A DNA stretch of 64,000 nucleotides, from positions 62,001-126,000 of IMG/VR virus record IMGVR_UViG_3300023174_000046; one strand, given 5' to 3'. The notes under the pieces were generated by a model. The model saw only the letters and a list, made by a program, of their open reading frames with translations, did not search any database and was not told the DNA's origin. Positions within the stretch are counted from its first letter, which is position 1, and each line of letters opens with the position of its first letter. The position numbers and the translations under genes were made by a program. Below, one piece after another: positions 48,516 to 59,900 of the stretch.

Positions 48516-48883
48516 ACCCAGATCAAGAAGGTCAGTTTCAAAATTCTATAAATGGTTTGCCTAGACTTTTACCCACCAGGTATGAAAACATATTCAAAAT
48601 GTACAAGACCAACTACAATCAATATTATTATAATATTCTAAATACAGTACAGTTTCCGGAAAATTTAAACCCTTCTGTTTACTACGAAATTACTGTATCT
48701 TCAAAAATGCCTTGGACAATGATAAGTTTTAATGAGTATGAAACTATGGATCTATGGTGGTTAATATGTCTTGTAAATAAAATAGACAACCCGCTTGACT
48801 TTGCAGCTGTTGGCCAAATATTAAAAATTGTAAGAAAAGAGTTTTTAAAGTTTATTTTAGACGAAATCAGAATAAAGATATAA
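48512..48883 (+). CDS. gp53: Baseplate wedge gp53-like (LysM-like)
   Basis: WTMISFNEY...LWWLICLVNKIDNP. Confidence 0.75.
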   Translation: MNPDQEGQFQNSINGLPRLLPTRYENIFKMYKTNYNQYYYNILNTVQFPENLNPSVYYEITVSSKMPWTMISFNEYETMDLWWLICLVNKIDNPLDFAAVGQILKIVRKEFLKFILDEIRIKI

Positions 48884-48884
48884 A

Positions 48885-50480
48885 ATGGGCACATTCAATA
48901 CAGCGCTACCATCTCCAAACACGGATAATATATACAGGTTTGGAGACAATACTGAATACTATTACGATCTAATGCTATATAATGCAAACGAAGAGTTTGT
49001 AAGATTAAAGACACAGAGCGTCAAGGAATTAATAATAAACGATAACCTTCTAGATTTCTATCATAAGGGTACACTCACTTTTAGAAATGACATAGATGCT
49101 ATAGAAAAAATTACTACTGAACCAGACGGTACATCACAGAATAGCTTTGGTACTAATTTTGCACCATCTAAAGGTGGTCAAAATACCCTCCTTCCTTTTG
49201 CATTTAGGGGCGATTGCCGTGACTATCTTATTGTAGATATATGCCCCAGACTAAATGATCAAGTGAATTACAATTACGGAGAACAGCTCAATAAAATATG
49301 GAGACTTAAATTTGTTTTTGCTATATATGATATCGAAGATATTACTGGTCAAACAGTAGAAGAAAAATATAAAAAATTACATTTCTGGGACTATAGCTAC
49401 CAAATAATGACAGAAAAAAATATTGATTTTTCTACTACCATGTTCACTAATGCTGTAGATAAGATTAATCTCGATGATAGTGAACGAACAATGAAAACAG
49501 GAGCAGCATTAAAAGAAATAATTAATGCAACTTTCCCATCCCGGGAAGGTTTTACAATTAAATTTGGTGAATTTGACGAAGGCAGTACAGATATTTTCTA
49601 TTCTTCACCTATTGCGTCAAAAGCTCTAATAGATTATCAATATGTAGATTCATTTCATGTAAGCAGCCCTAGCAATAACTATGATTTTAGTCTTTTACGT
49701 AAAGAGAGATTCACAAACGAGTGGACATATAAATCATTAAAAACTTATTTTGATAATGCATACGAAAGAAGAGTTACGAACAATCTTGATGGTGGTGGTC
49801 CTTTACATCTGGAAAAATTTCTCGTCGGCAGTTACAGTGATAGCAACAGTACAAATTACACGAATGTTTCAAGAACTCCGGTAAGTTCAAAAAATAATGC
49901 TTATTTACCTGATTATTCACAAATACAAAAGTATAGATTTTTTCCTACCGCAGGCAACGATGTACAAAATTTTATTACTACAAATCAAGTTCATGCGTAT
50001 GATTTTACTGGTAAAGAATTTGTTATAGATGTACAAGAAAATGACTTCACAAGAATACTAGACATATTTGAAACAAACTATGTTCAAGCATTCAAAGGTA
50101 ATGCTACAGGCCCTTGGTCGACATTAACAAAAAATGAATACCGTAGAAACAATAGAAACTATAATGCTGATTATAGCGTTGCAAATTCTCGTGATCAAAG
50201 ACTCTCTGCTGGGCGAAATGAAGTGTTAAAAAAGGCTCTCTTTTTAAACAATACTATTAATTTTATAGCTCCAGGATTAACTATGAGACAAGCAGGTAGA
50301 TTTATTTCAATTGATAGAGATAGCTCCCAGCCGAGTAATAAATTTGATGATAAATTTCTTGGCACTTATTTTGTTGTAGAAGTAAACCATGTGTTTCGTG
50401 GTAATATGTATGAAACAGAAATGACTTGCGTTAAACCCTACATCTTTTCTAATCCTAAAAATGTGGAGGATGTCATATGA
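48885..50480 (+). CDS. Baseplate hub protein (gp27/GPD-like)
   Basis: C-terminal F..PG...RQAGRFI.I...GTYFVVEV.H.F....YET...CVK. Confidence 0.65.
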   Translation: MGTFNTALPSPNTDNIYRFGDNTEYYYDLMLYNANEEFVRLKTQSVKELIINDNLLDFYHKGTLTFRNDIDAIEKITTEPDGTSQNSFGTNFAPSKGGQNTLLPFAFRGDCRDYLIVDICPRLNDQVNYNYGEQLNKIWRLKFVFAIYDIEDITGQTVEEKYKKLHFWDYSYQIMTEKNIDFSTTMFTNAVDKINLDDSERTMKTGAALKEIINATFPSREGFTIKFGEFDEGSTDIFYSSPIASKALIDYQYVDSFHVSSPSNNYDFSLLRKERFTNEWTYKSLKTYFDNAYERRVTNNLDGGGPLHLEKFLVGSYSDSNSTNYTNVSRTPVSSKNNAYLPDYSQIQKYRFFPTAGNDVQNFITTNQVHAYDFTGKEFVIDVQENDFTRILDIFETNYVQAFKGNATGPWSTLTKNEYRRNNRNYNADYSVANSRDQRLSAGRNEVLKKALFLNNTINFIAPGLTMRQAGRFISIDRDSSQPSNKFDDKFLGTYFVVEVNHVFRGNMYETEMTCVKPYIFSNPKNVEDVI

Positions 50481-52096
50481 GTATTAAAACTATGGTACCA
50501 CAACTTTGCGATATTAATCTTGCATCGTCAAAGTTTATACTTGAAAAATATACTAACTATCTCGAATACTTAGGCGATTTTGTAGATCAAATAGAAACAG
50601 CCTTAAAGTATAGAGATACTTTTTTTGATAACGACTCAATAAAAAATAGAATTAATTTCTTTGATAGCTTACAAGATAAATTTGAAACTTTTAGTGATGA
50701 TTTTGTTGCTTATTGGTACGAAATATACAGAAGTAATCCCGATTTTATAAAATCTGAAGTTAATAGCAGTACACTCAAGCTTGATAGTGATAGTATTGGA
50801 AAATTTACCAATTCTACTTATATCATTGATGATAGTATAAGCCCTATTTCTGATTGGTCGATGAATAGCTCCCCACCACCTTCATATATACCTTATAATA
50901 CACTACAAAAGATTTCACCTTGGACAAAGCAAATGATTGAAAGGGCAAGCTTCAGAACTACTAATATGTATCGTAGTAATATTGTAATGGTACAGCCGCA
51001 GGACGCAAGCCCCGTAAGAGCACACGGGACAAACCTCGTTACAGATGAATTATACTTTACAAGAACAGTATCAGAAATTAAAAGAATAGCTGTAGAAAAA
51101 ATTACCAAAAAATTTGAAAAAGAGATAAAAGTATTACTACGTTATTGTAATATTAACGATAACGAAGCCTTAAATTATCAAGATTTAAATCAAAACAAAA
51201 GCTATGTTGGGCAATATACTTTTGAAATAGATGTTGAACGCGTACGGTATCAAGTAGATGTTTTATCAAATAGAATCAAGTACCTTAAAAGTAGAATATC
51301 TAACGAAGAAGTCTTATCATCAGAAAAAATTGCTACTGTTAATATTGAACAAAAATCAACATCTCAATTGGATAGGATTTACAAAAACAATCTACTTACA
51401 CGTTTAGATCAATTGGTACCACGCAATATATACAAAACAGTTTCAGTCATTGAGCAAACAAAAACAATACCAGCTTCTGAAACGTTTGGTGAATTAAATG
51501 TAGCTGCTGAAAATACTGGTAATACACAAACTGCACCCAAGCAAAATATACCTTCAACGTTTCAACATTACCCCGATAACGTATCTCTCCCAACATACCA
51601 AGCCCCAAAGTGGGTAAACGATTTTGCGCAGTGTTTGGGTGTCGGCTCTACACTCAAAGCTTTTGAAGGGTTTGCAGATCCTCTTACAAACTTTGCTAAT
51701 GCTTCTTCTACCGATTTTGATCTTTTCGGTGCATTAAACAAAATTAATCCTTTCGGAATAGATCTAGCAGGGTTTAATATTGAACCTGATGCATTCTTAC
51801 AGCAATTACAGCAAATGCTCAATTCGTTTGATGTATCCACTATACCTGCATTATTCGGTTCAAGCTTCCCAATACCATCATTCACTCTTGGCGAGCTCTT
51901 TGATATGGGTGGCAAAGTTGGTGATCTGAAAGAAGTAGCACTTAAGCAAGCACAAGACATTGCTCTAAACACTATAAAGGATCAAACACTTAACTTGCTC
52001 AATAGCTTAGTTTGCGGCACCGCTCAGAATGTGTTGGCCGGTAGTGGTGGTGGTTTCGGTCCGTTCAATAGCTTGACTAGCGGGCTCATTGGTTGA
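50477..52096 (+). CDS. Hypothetical structural-module protein
   Basis: ATGA-coupled to the hub gene; 3' end overlaps the gp16-like gene by 90 nt. Confidence 0.6.
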   Translation: MSIKTMVPQLCDINLASSKFILEKYTNYLEYLGDFVDQIETALKYRDTFFDNDSIKNRINFFDSLQDKFETFSDDFVAYWYEIYRSNPDFIKSEVNSSTLKLDSDSIGKFTNSTYIIDDSISPISDWSMNSSPPPSYIPYNTLQKISPWTKQMIERASFRTTNMYRSNIVMVQPQDASPVRAHGTNLVTDELYFTRTVSEIKRIAVEKITKKFEKEIKVLLRYCNINDNEALNYQDLNQNKSYVGQYTFEIDVERVRYQVDVLSNRIKYLKSRISNEEVLSSEKIATVNIEQKSTSQLDRIYKNNLLTRLDQLVPRNIYKTVSVIEQTKTIPASETFGELNVAAENTGNTQTAPKQNIPSTFQHYPDNVSLPTYQAPKWVNDFAQCLGVGSTLKAFEGFADPLTNFANASSTDFDLFGALNKINPFGIDLAGFNIEPDAFLQQLQQMLNSFDVSTIPALFGSSFPIPSFTLGELFDMGGKVGDLKEVALKQAQDIALNTIKDQTLNLLNSLVCGTAQNVLAGSGGGFGPFNSLTSGLIG

Positions 52097-52522
52097 TACA
52101 TCGATAACGTTAGCTTCTTTTACGAGCTTCTTGAACATATCCTCTCTTGTACCGACAAGCATGTCCTTAGCTTCACCGATAAGATCTTTCTTGATTTCAT
52201 GGTCCATTTTTTTTAAGTCTTTAAGAGTATTGCTCTTTTTATCCTGCACAATTATTTTGTTTAAAGTCTCTATAGCAGTTGATGTTGCATTTAATAATTC
52301 TGCATATGCAGATAAATCTTTTGCATCAGGCGCCGCGTTTAAATAAACATTTAAATTCTTTACTAAATCTAAACCTTCATTAATTACAGTACTAGCACTT
52401 TCAATCACATACTCTTCTAAATTTTCTTTTGTAGCAGCTTTACGAAATTCTTTCTTAACTTCAGTATTTTTTTCTTTTAAAGCATCTATTATATTGTCAA
52501 TGTCATCACTATTATCAGGCAT
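52007..52522 (-). CDS. gp16: Terminase small subunit gp16-like
   Basis: Helical core G...V..L.......DA....AYAELL......IE.L.KI and late LVGTREDMFK motif as in T4-like gp16; TAAATA-N7-ATG. Confidence 0.62.
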   Translation of the reverse strand: MPDNSDDIDNIIDALKEKNTEVKKEFRKAATKENLEEYVIESASTVINEGLDLVKNLNVYLNAAPDAKDLSAYAELLNATSTAIETLNKIIVQDKKSNTLKDLKKMDHEIKKDLIGEAKDMLVGTREDMFKKLVKEANVIDVSTNEPASQAIERTETTTTTGQHILSGAAN

Positions 52523-52570
52523 ATATAGTTATTTATCTTGATTTCTAGAATTCTATATTATTATTAATAT

Positions 52571-53005
52571 ATGAGATCAGTACTAGAATTTATTAAGACG
52601 CATGAAGACGCGGTTTTACCCACGAAAAACCATGTTAATGATACAGGATATGATGTTTATAGTATTAAGAGTGTATGTATACCGGCACGAGGCTCTAATA
52701 TTGTGCCTGTAGGTCTTCAGTTTGCATATATTCCAGAAGATTATTGGGTAAGAGTAGAGTCGCGCAGCGGTTTAGGGTTCAAGCACGGTATAATGGCGCA
52801 TCCAGGTATTATTGATAATGGTTACCGTGGTGATGCAGGTATTAAGCTCTACAATTTAACTGAAAAGGACTATACAGTTTCGCGTGGTGATAGAATTGCA
52901 CAGTTTGTCTTGTACCCATTAATTTCAAATGTAACAGTTGGGTTTACTGAAGTAGTAGCTGAATCAGATAGAGGTGACAAGGGGTTTGGAAGCTCTGGTA
53001 AATGA
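52571..53005 (+). CDS. dut: Trimeric dUTPase
   Basis: DTGYD, SRSGLG, GIIDNGYRG, GDRIAQ, RGDKGFGSSG. Confidence 0.96.
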   Translation: MRSVLEFIKTHEDAVLPTKNHVNDTGYDVYSIKSVCIPARGSNIVPVGLQFAYIPEDYWVRVESRSGLGFKHGIMAHPGIIDNGYRGDAGIKLYNLTEKDYTVSRGDRIAQFVLYPLISNVTVGFTEVVAESDRGDKGFGSSGK

Positions 53006-53934
53006 ATTTTAATAATCTCTGGGTTGAAAAATACCGACCTAAATCTTTGTCTGATATTGTACTTGTTGAAGAGACGAGATCAATAGTTAATTCATTTAAA
53101 GACAAAAAAGAGATACCGAATCTCCTGTTAATCGGCATACAAGGTATTGGAAAAACTTCTCTGGCAAAAATCATTGTCAATGACATCTTAGGGTGTCAAT
53201 ATCTTTATATTAATGCAAGCGATGAGAATGGTATTGATACTATACGAAACAAGGTTGTAAGCTTTTCTAAGACCAAAAGCTTTGATGGTGGTATCAAGGT
53301 CATTATACTAGATGAGGTAGATGGTATTAGCCTAGAAGCGCAAAAAGCATTAAGAAATACAATGGAGGAATATTCTGCTAATACGCGTTTTATTTTGACA
53401 GGAAATTACAAGCATAAAATCATACAAGCGCTGCAAAGTCGTTGTCAGGAGTTAAATCTTATTCCCCCTTTAGAAGGCATGGCTAAGCGAGTATTAACAA
53501 TTTTAAGAAGTGAAAGTATAAAGCTAGATGATGCTCAAAAGAAAGACCTTGTTACTTTAATAAAAAAGCTGTACCCAGACTTTAGAAAAATAATTAACGA
53601 GATTCAAAAATTTAGCAGCTCTGGCTCTCTAACCATACCACAGCTATCCATTAACAACGATATTATTGTGAAGATAGCTGGATTTATAAAAGAAAAGAAG
53701 AGTAATATTGGTAGAAAATATTATATTGAAAATGAAGAAAAATTTCAAGGTGACTACACAACACTATTGCGTGAGCTTTTCAATTTTACAAATGATGCGT
53801 TAGATTTTAATAATGAAAAAGCAAAAAAAGCTTTGCTTGTTATTTCGGAGCATTTATATAGGAGCAGTTTTGTAGTTGATCAGGAGATTAACTTTTACAG
53901 TTGTATTATTGCGCTTGAAGGGCTAATAAGTTAG
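53002..53934 (+). CDS. gp44: Clamp loader large subunit (RFC-like AAA+)
   Basis: LWVEKYRP, G.QGIGKT, INASDENGIDTIR, ILDEVD, Q.ALR, LQSRC, YPDFRK. Confidence 0.95.
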   Translation: MNFNNLWVEKYRPKSLSDIVLVEETRSIVNSFKDKKEIPNLLLIGIQGIGKTSLAKIIVNDILGCQYLYINASDENGIDTIRNKVVSFSKTKSFDGGIKVIILDEVDGISLEAQKALRNTMEEYSANTRFILTGNYKHKIIQALQSRCQELNLIPPLEGMAKRVLTILRSESIKLDDAQKKDLVTLIKKLYPDFRKIINEIQKFSSSGSLTIPQLSINNDIIVKIAGFIKEKKSNIGRKYYIENEEKFQGDYTTLLRELFNFTNDALDFNNEKAKKALLVISEHLYRSSFVVDQEINFYSCIIALEGLIS

Positions 53935-54524
53935 CGCTTTGGCAAGTAACGGTGTACGTAGCTAGCTACCGAAGGTGACTTGTCGCCTTCCGCAGGCACT
54001 GCAGGAATCTTAACATTTTTATTAAGAAGCTTTCTATCGCCCTTTATAAGTTTACCTTTACCGTCATCGGAAGTTACTGTATGTGCAATTTGTTGCTCAT
54101 CTTCAGGTTTTTCTTGTTCAGGTTTAATTTGTGTCTTATCTTTTCTCTTTAATGAATCAGGAATAGGTGGTAAGTCCGTGCCATTATTATAAGGTTGTAA
54201 GAATTTTCCTGGAACTGTCAAGTACTCAACATATCTTCCAGGGGCAATTTCTTGTGTAATATCTACATCAAATTCACTGCCTGTAATCTCTGCATTGCCA
54301 CCACCTTGTGTTGTGGGTCTGATAGGCTTCACAGCACCTACTCTCAACAGAAGATCTGATTCTGCCCACGATTTTAACTTATTTTGGTATGCTTCTGTCT
54401 GATCTTTAAAAAAGTCCGATTTAAAAACTTCTGGTTTAATATGCACCATGTAACCATATAAAAACCCGCCACGTGTAAATTGCTGCAGGTATGACTCTAG
54501 CAAACCATTAAACTTTCTTTTCAT
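53931..54524 (-). CDS. Hypothetical late protein with capsid-targeting-like N-terminus
   Basis: MKRKFNGLLE; TATAAATA at 54531-54538, 6 nt before ATG. Confidence 0.65.
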   Translation of the reverse strand: MKRKFNGLLESYLQQFTRGGFLYGYMVHIKPEVFKSDFFKDQTEAYQNKLKSWAESDLLLRVGAVKPIRPTTQGGGNAEITGSEFDVDITQEIAPGRYVEYLTVPGKFLQPYNNGTDLPPIPDSLKRKDKTQIKPEQEKPEDEQQIAHTVTSDDGKGKLIKGDRKLLNKNVKIPAVPAEGDKSPSVASYVHRYLPKR

Positions 54525-54586
54525 TATATATATTTATATCTTTAAAACTAATTTTGTAGATATAATTTGGTACTAAATACTTATAT

Positions 54587-55057
54587 ATGAGTATTAAGAT
54601 AGAGAGCATTAAAGACGTAACTAATGTAAATGATCTTAAGTATCAAGACTTAAAGCTAGATTTTGAATACACATATACACAAAATTCCGAATTTTTAAAG
54701 AAAAATGAAATTATTGATTTGAAGGTAGATTACGATCTAAATGCTATTAAAAATAGTCTTAGAAACATGTTTTTGACTAATCGTGGGGAAAAGCTATTAA
54801 ACCCATATTTTGGCATTGGTTTAGCAAATTTTGTGTTCGATCAAGTCACGCAATCAACTGCCAAAGCGATTGGTGACGCTATTTTAAGCAATATAACCAC
54901 ATTTGAACCTAGAGTTCAAGTAAACAAAGTAAATGTTATTGCAAACGAAGATGACAATAGCTATACAATTAATATAATTTTAAGTGTGCCTCAATTAAAA
55001 GCTGAATTAGTAAATCTAACAGGCCTATTAAATAATAAAGGATTTAATTTTGCCTAA
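54587..55057 (+). CDS. gp25: Baseplate wedge subunit gp25
   Basis: AIKNSLRN.FLT..GEK..NP.FG..L, FEPRV. Confidence 0.92.
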   Translation: MSIKIESIKDVTNVNDLKYQDLKLDFEYTYTQNSEFLKKNEIIDLKVDYDLNAIKNSLRNMFLTNRGEKLLNPYFGIGLANFVFDQVTQSTAKAIGDAILSNITTFEPRVQVNKVNVIANEDDNSYTINIILSVPQLKAELVNLTGLLNNKGFNFA

Positions 55058-55059
55058 TC

Positions 55060-56916
55060 ATGAGCTCAACAATAAACCAAGACGCCAACCTAACAATTAA
55101 CCAGCAAGGGTATGCTGCATTTGATGCAACATCTTTAAAGCAGTTAATCATAGACAGACTTAATAACGGAACACTTTTTACAGATCAAAATTATGAAGGT
55201 AGCAATATTTCTGCAGTTATTGATATTGTGTCTTATGCATATCATGTTTTGCTTTTTTATCTCAACAGAACAGCATCAGAGAGTCTATTTAGTCAAGCAA
55301 CGCTATATGAAAATATAAACAAAATTGTAAAAGAGCTAAACTACAAACCGATCGGCTACCAATCTGCTCTCTTGAGCTTTCAAGCTACAGCTTCTAAAAA
55401 TCTTGTAAAAGATACCTACACAATTAAGCGGTACTCATATTTTACAGTAAACGGTATTAATTATAGCTTTAACAATGATGCTACTTTTGTAAAGAATACT
55501 AACACTGACGAAGTATTAACACTTTTTAGTGAAAACAATCTACTATATCAAGGAACGTATGTAGAATACCCACTATACACTGCAATTGGTGACGATTTTG
55601 AATCACTAAACATAACCTATGTCGCGAATAATGAAAATCAAAAAATAGATCATTTTAATATTGACGTTTATGTAAAAGAAAAAACTACCGGCAAATATTA
55701 CAAATATGCTGAATCATCATCATTATTTTTAAATGATTCCAACGCTCGTGTATTTGAAAAACGTTTTGATGAAAATGAAAGGTATGAAATTAAATTTGGT
55801 AACGGTATCACAGGTAGAAAATTAGAAGCAGGGGATGAGATAGCAATTTATTTCTTACAAACAGATGGCAAAGAAGGCGAAATAGATATTGGCATTTTAA
55901 ATGGTAATAAACTATTTTTATATAATTCTGCTAGATACAATACCATCTTAACTGATACAATATCTGAAAACTTACTCCTCTTACAAGACACTCAAACAAA
56001 ATATATTTCATTCTCAAATACTGACCCATCTACAAAATATCAAGATAAAGAATCAACTGATCAAATTAAATCGAATGCTCCAAAAATTTATAACTCTCAA
56101 TATAGACTCGTCACAGCTAGCGATTATGAAACGTTTGTGAATAGAAATTTTGCCAACATTATAAGCTCTACAAGAGCAGTTAATAATTGGGATTATTTAA
56201 ATGGTCATTTTAGATATTTCTACGATATACAGTTAAACAAACCTAATGATGATTCTCGTGTATTGTTTAACCAAACACGCTTTGCTGATACTTGTGATTT
56301 TAATAATGTTTATATATACGGCATACCAAGACTAGAAAAAATCACATCTCTTACCCAAAGAACAAACTATTTAAATGCCGCGCAAAAAGAACTCCTACTC
56401 AATCAATTGCAGAACTACAAGACGTTAACAGCTGAAATAATTATTACAGACCCGGTTTATGTAGCGGTTGATTTTGGAATAAAAAGAGCCGGTGAAGTGA
56501 CTTCACCAGATTTAACTAATCAGTGCAAACTCGTTATTACCAAGAATGTATTATCACAAATTGATAACCAAACAATTAAAAATAACGCGTATAATATTAT
56601 AAAAACATTCTTTGATTCAACAAATAACAGTTTAGGTATTCTATTTGATATCAACGCACTAACATCACAAATTTTTAATATAGCTGGTGTAGAAGATTTT
56701 TACGTTGAAAGAACAGATGATCAAGGCACATTCAGTGTACCAGGGTTAAATTTTGTTGTATGGAACCCTGTATACCCTGATGGTGATACACAAATAGTTT
56801 CACAAAACTATCAACTACCTTACTTTAAATACCCCTTCCTAAACAACCCATTAGACTTTTTAAACAAAATAGAGGTACTAACAACAACAAATGTTAATAC
56901 AAAAATTGAGTATTAA
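55060..56916 (+). CDS. gp6: Baseplate wedge subunit gp6
   Basis: F.D.NYEGSN.S..ID..SY, L.YKP, YEIKFGNGITG.K, ES.D.IK.NAP, RLVT..DY. Confidence 0.9.
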   Translation: MSSTINQDANLTINQQGYAAFDATSLKQLIIDRLNNGTLFTDQNYEGSNISAVIDIVSYAYHVLLFYLNRTASESLFSQATLYENINKIVKELNYKPIGYQSALLSFQATASKNLVKDTYTIKRYSYFTVNGINYSFNNDATFVKNTNTDEVLTLFSENNLLYQGTYVEYPLYTAIGDDFESLNITYVANNENQKIDHFNIDVYVKEKTTGKYYKYAESSSLFLNDSNARVFEKRFDENERYEIKFGNGITGRKLEAGDEIAIYFLQTDGKEGEIDIGILNGNKLFLYNSARYNTILTDTISENLLLLQDTQTKYISFSNTDPSTKYQDKESTDQIKSNAPKIYNSQYRLVTASDYETFVNRNFANIISSTRAVNNWDYLNGHFRYFYDIQLNKPNDDSRVLFNQTRFADTCDFNNVYIYGIPRLEKITSLTQRTNYLNAAQKELLLNQLQNYKTLTAEIIITDPVYVAVDFGIKRAGEVTSPDLTNQCKLVITKNVLSQIDNQTIKNNAYNIIKTFFDSTNNSLGILFDINALTSQIFNIAGVEDFYVERTDDQGTFSVPGLNFVVWNPVYPDGDTQIVSQNYQLPYFKYPFLNNPLDFLNKIEVLTTTNVNTKIEY

Positions 56917-56918
56917 AA

Positions 56919-59900
56919 ATGGCTTTAATCAATACAAATGAACTTTACATTAAAGTTTTCGATCACACTGGCGCCCCTATACTAAGCACATACGCACTAC
57001 CACAGACACCATTAACATTTGTTCCAGATTACTCAATAGTGCAGCTTTTATCCTCTGTATCATTTGTTTCATCACTCACATCTTATACAAATACTTTTTA
57101 TATTCCCGATACAAATGATTACTCAAATATTAAAATAAGATGGGATTTTGGTGACGGCACATATCAAATAAGCCCCACAGGCGTACATGCATACAAATAC
57201 CCCGGTCTTTACAAAGTTAAGCTGTATCTTATTAATGAAAACGGCGAAAGTTTTAAAAACAACTTCGTCGCAAATGTTAATATATACAATTTTTTAAAAG
57301 ATGAATGGAATTTTTCTCCGTATAAAGATTTTATAGTAGACATACCAGCCGGAAGACTTTCAGATAAAATTACCATTAATAGGCAAAATAGTTGGCAAAC
57401 TTATAACGTCTTATCCGGTACAGGTTATACATTCAATCTGTACTCAAGTGGTTCAGGCACTTACTACTATGATGTAAAAAATTATTACATGGATAAATGG
57501 GCACACTTAAAAAAGTTTTTTAAATTTATAGAAAAACAAACAATTAATGATGTCTTGCAAGACGTTATAGTAGATAAAGTAAAAACATCTAATACAGAAA
57601 TTTATGCAAAAAAAGTTTCTGATAATATAGTAATTTGCAATAAAGATGATAGCGGTGCATTTTTTGTAGGCACTACCGGAAGCGCAGATTTTTATTATAC
57701 CGACGATAGCAATAAAAATAACACTTCAACAAATGACCCCATCTTTATTTTTGCAAATTTAGATACAAGTAAATTCTATGATAGTTTAGGATTTGCAGAT
57801 CAAGTATATGATAAATTAACACCTTTAGAATTGAGCTATTTAAATACAATTCCCGCTGTGTTACCGATTATCAAAACGCGATACAATCCCGCAGCAACTT
57901 TTACAATAACCTCTAATGGGCTAGACGGTGAAGGAGACACTACAATTAATAGCTTTGCTTTAAACAAGACAAGTTTTGCAAATACTAAAATACCTTTTGT
58001 TTTAAAGCTAAAAGATCAAGATAATTATACAACAAAAAGCTACCCATATTTATCTTCAACTGATTCCATGCCACTCACTTCATACTTTTTTAAAATAAAT
58101 TTATTAGATGAGAATAACACAATAGTGCCTTCTGTATCATTCTTTAAAACAGATTTCGAAAAAGACATCTTTCAATCTGGTGGATTTTATAGAGGCTATT
58201 TTGTATGCGACCGAGAGGTTCAAAATGCAAAACTTTCTGCATCTGTTTATATTGATGACATACCAAACTTTGAGCAAGACACAGCATTTGTATTTTACTC
58301 GCAACCTTATACACATTATATACCGAGAATTTTCTCTAATATACTTTATAATAGCATCCCCGGTCAACAGTTCGCTACAACAACTACAACATACGACTTT
58401 CTCGATACAATAGACAATAGAAGTATATTCACAATCACTCAAATCCCTTCTTCCAATAACTCTGATAATGATTATTGCTTCTGGGCTGCAGATTCAGACT
58501 CAGATAGGCTATTAAAAATGAGCTATACAGGTGATATACTTGCAACAATAAATCTTTCTGCTGCAACACTAAGTGACGGTACTGTTGCTGATTTGCGCAA
58601 TATATATGGTAGTGCATCACCTTCTAGTATTGCATTGGATAACAACAACAATGCTTTTGTAACATTATTCGATAGTGGTTCTGTTATTCGAATTAATAAT
58701 ATAACAAATTTAATTGATAGAATTGGAATTCCACCGGTAAGCGCTATTACAACAAACACATTTTTAACATCATCAGATTATATAGCTAATCAAGGTTGGG
58801 TTGGAGAATTTACATTATTGCCCTCAAGTGTTGATGTTGACAAAAACGGAGAAGTGTATGTTGTCTATACACATCCACAGTTTACTGCACTCACACGTTT
58901 TGATAACAATTTAAACTATAAAAAAAGAATTTCCGGTTTTTTTGGTCTTAATAATTATGCGCAAAAAATAGTTATTGATAGAAATAATAACATATGGATG
59001 GCTACAACTCGTAAAGATACCAGTTCCACGGGCAGCGCAAACTTGTCAGGTAAAAATGACTTTATTTGGATACTAAAAGACACAGCTGCAACTCCGTTAG
59101 GTATACCTGCTCTAACTACATTTGCAGGGTTCAAGCAAATAAGTGATATCACAGTGGACGGTAATCAAAATTGCTGGGTATCACATGATATTTCTACAGT
59201 AACAAAACTTGAATATAACCCTATTACACAAGAATCTACACGTTACGATTTCAATATGGGTGAAGTTTATGGTAATGCAACAGATTATTTACAGAGCATA
59301 GAAGGTATCTCATGTAATTCTTTAAATGAAATTGTAATTGTTAATAATTTTGATTTAAAAATATATTTTCTAGATGCATCTTCAACAACCCAACCTGTAT
59401 TAAGCAGCTTAAAGCAAATACAACTACAATCAGCACCAAATAATTTCATGGAGTATCCAATATCTGCTTATTATGATAGCAAGTATCAAGCAGGTGGCGA
59501 TTTCTTAGGCTATAACTGGATAAACAAATATTATTATTTCTCATCCAATACAAAGATATTAACAGGCACATCTTCAACCTTCAATATTTACCCTGCATCA
59601 GGATATAATTTGATGTTCAAAGAGAATGAAAACTTTGATGGTGAGCAAATGTACAGAAATATGGCATTAATGGAAACACTTCAAGATAAAAATGTATTCT
59701 TTGATGACTTTTTAGGTAAAATTGTAGGTAATCAGCAATCAAATGCAAATAGCGCATTATTAAAAAAGATCTACGAAAAAATAGCTAATTTTTCCGATAA
59801 TATTGCAAACGTTGACACATGTAATGTTGATTCTTTGATATCCAAATGCAATATGTTTGATGTTACATATGAAAATTATAATTACCCGTACCCTGCATCA

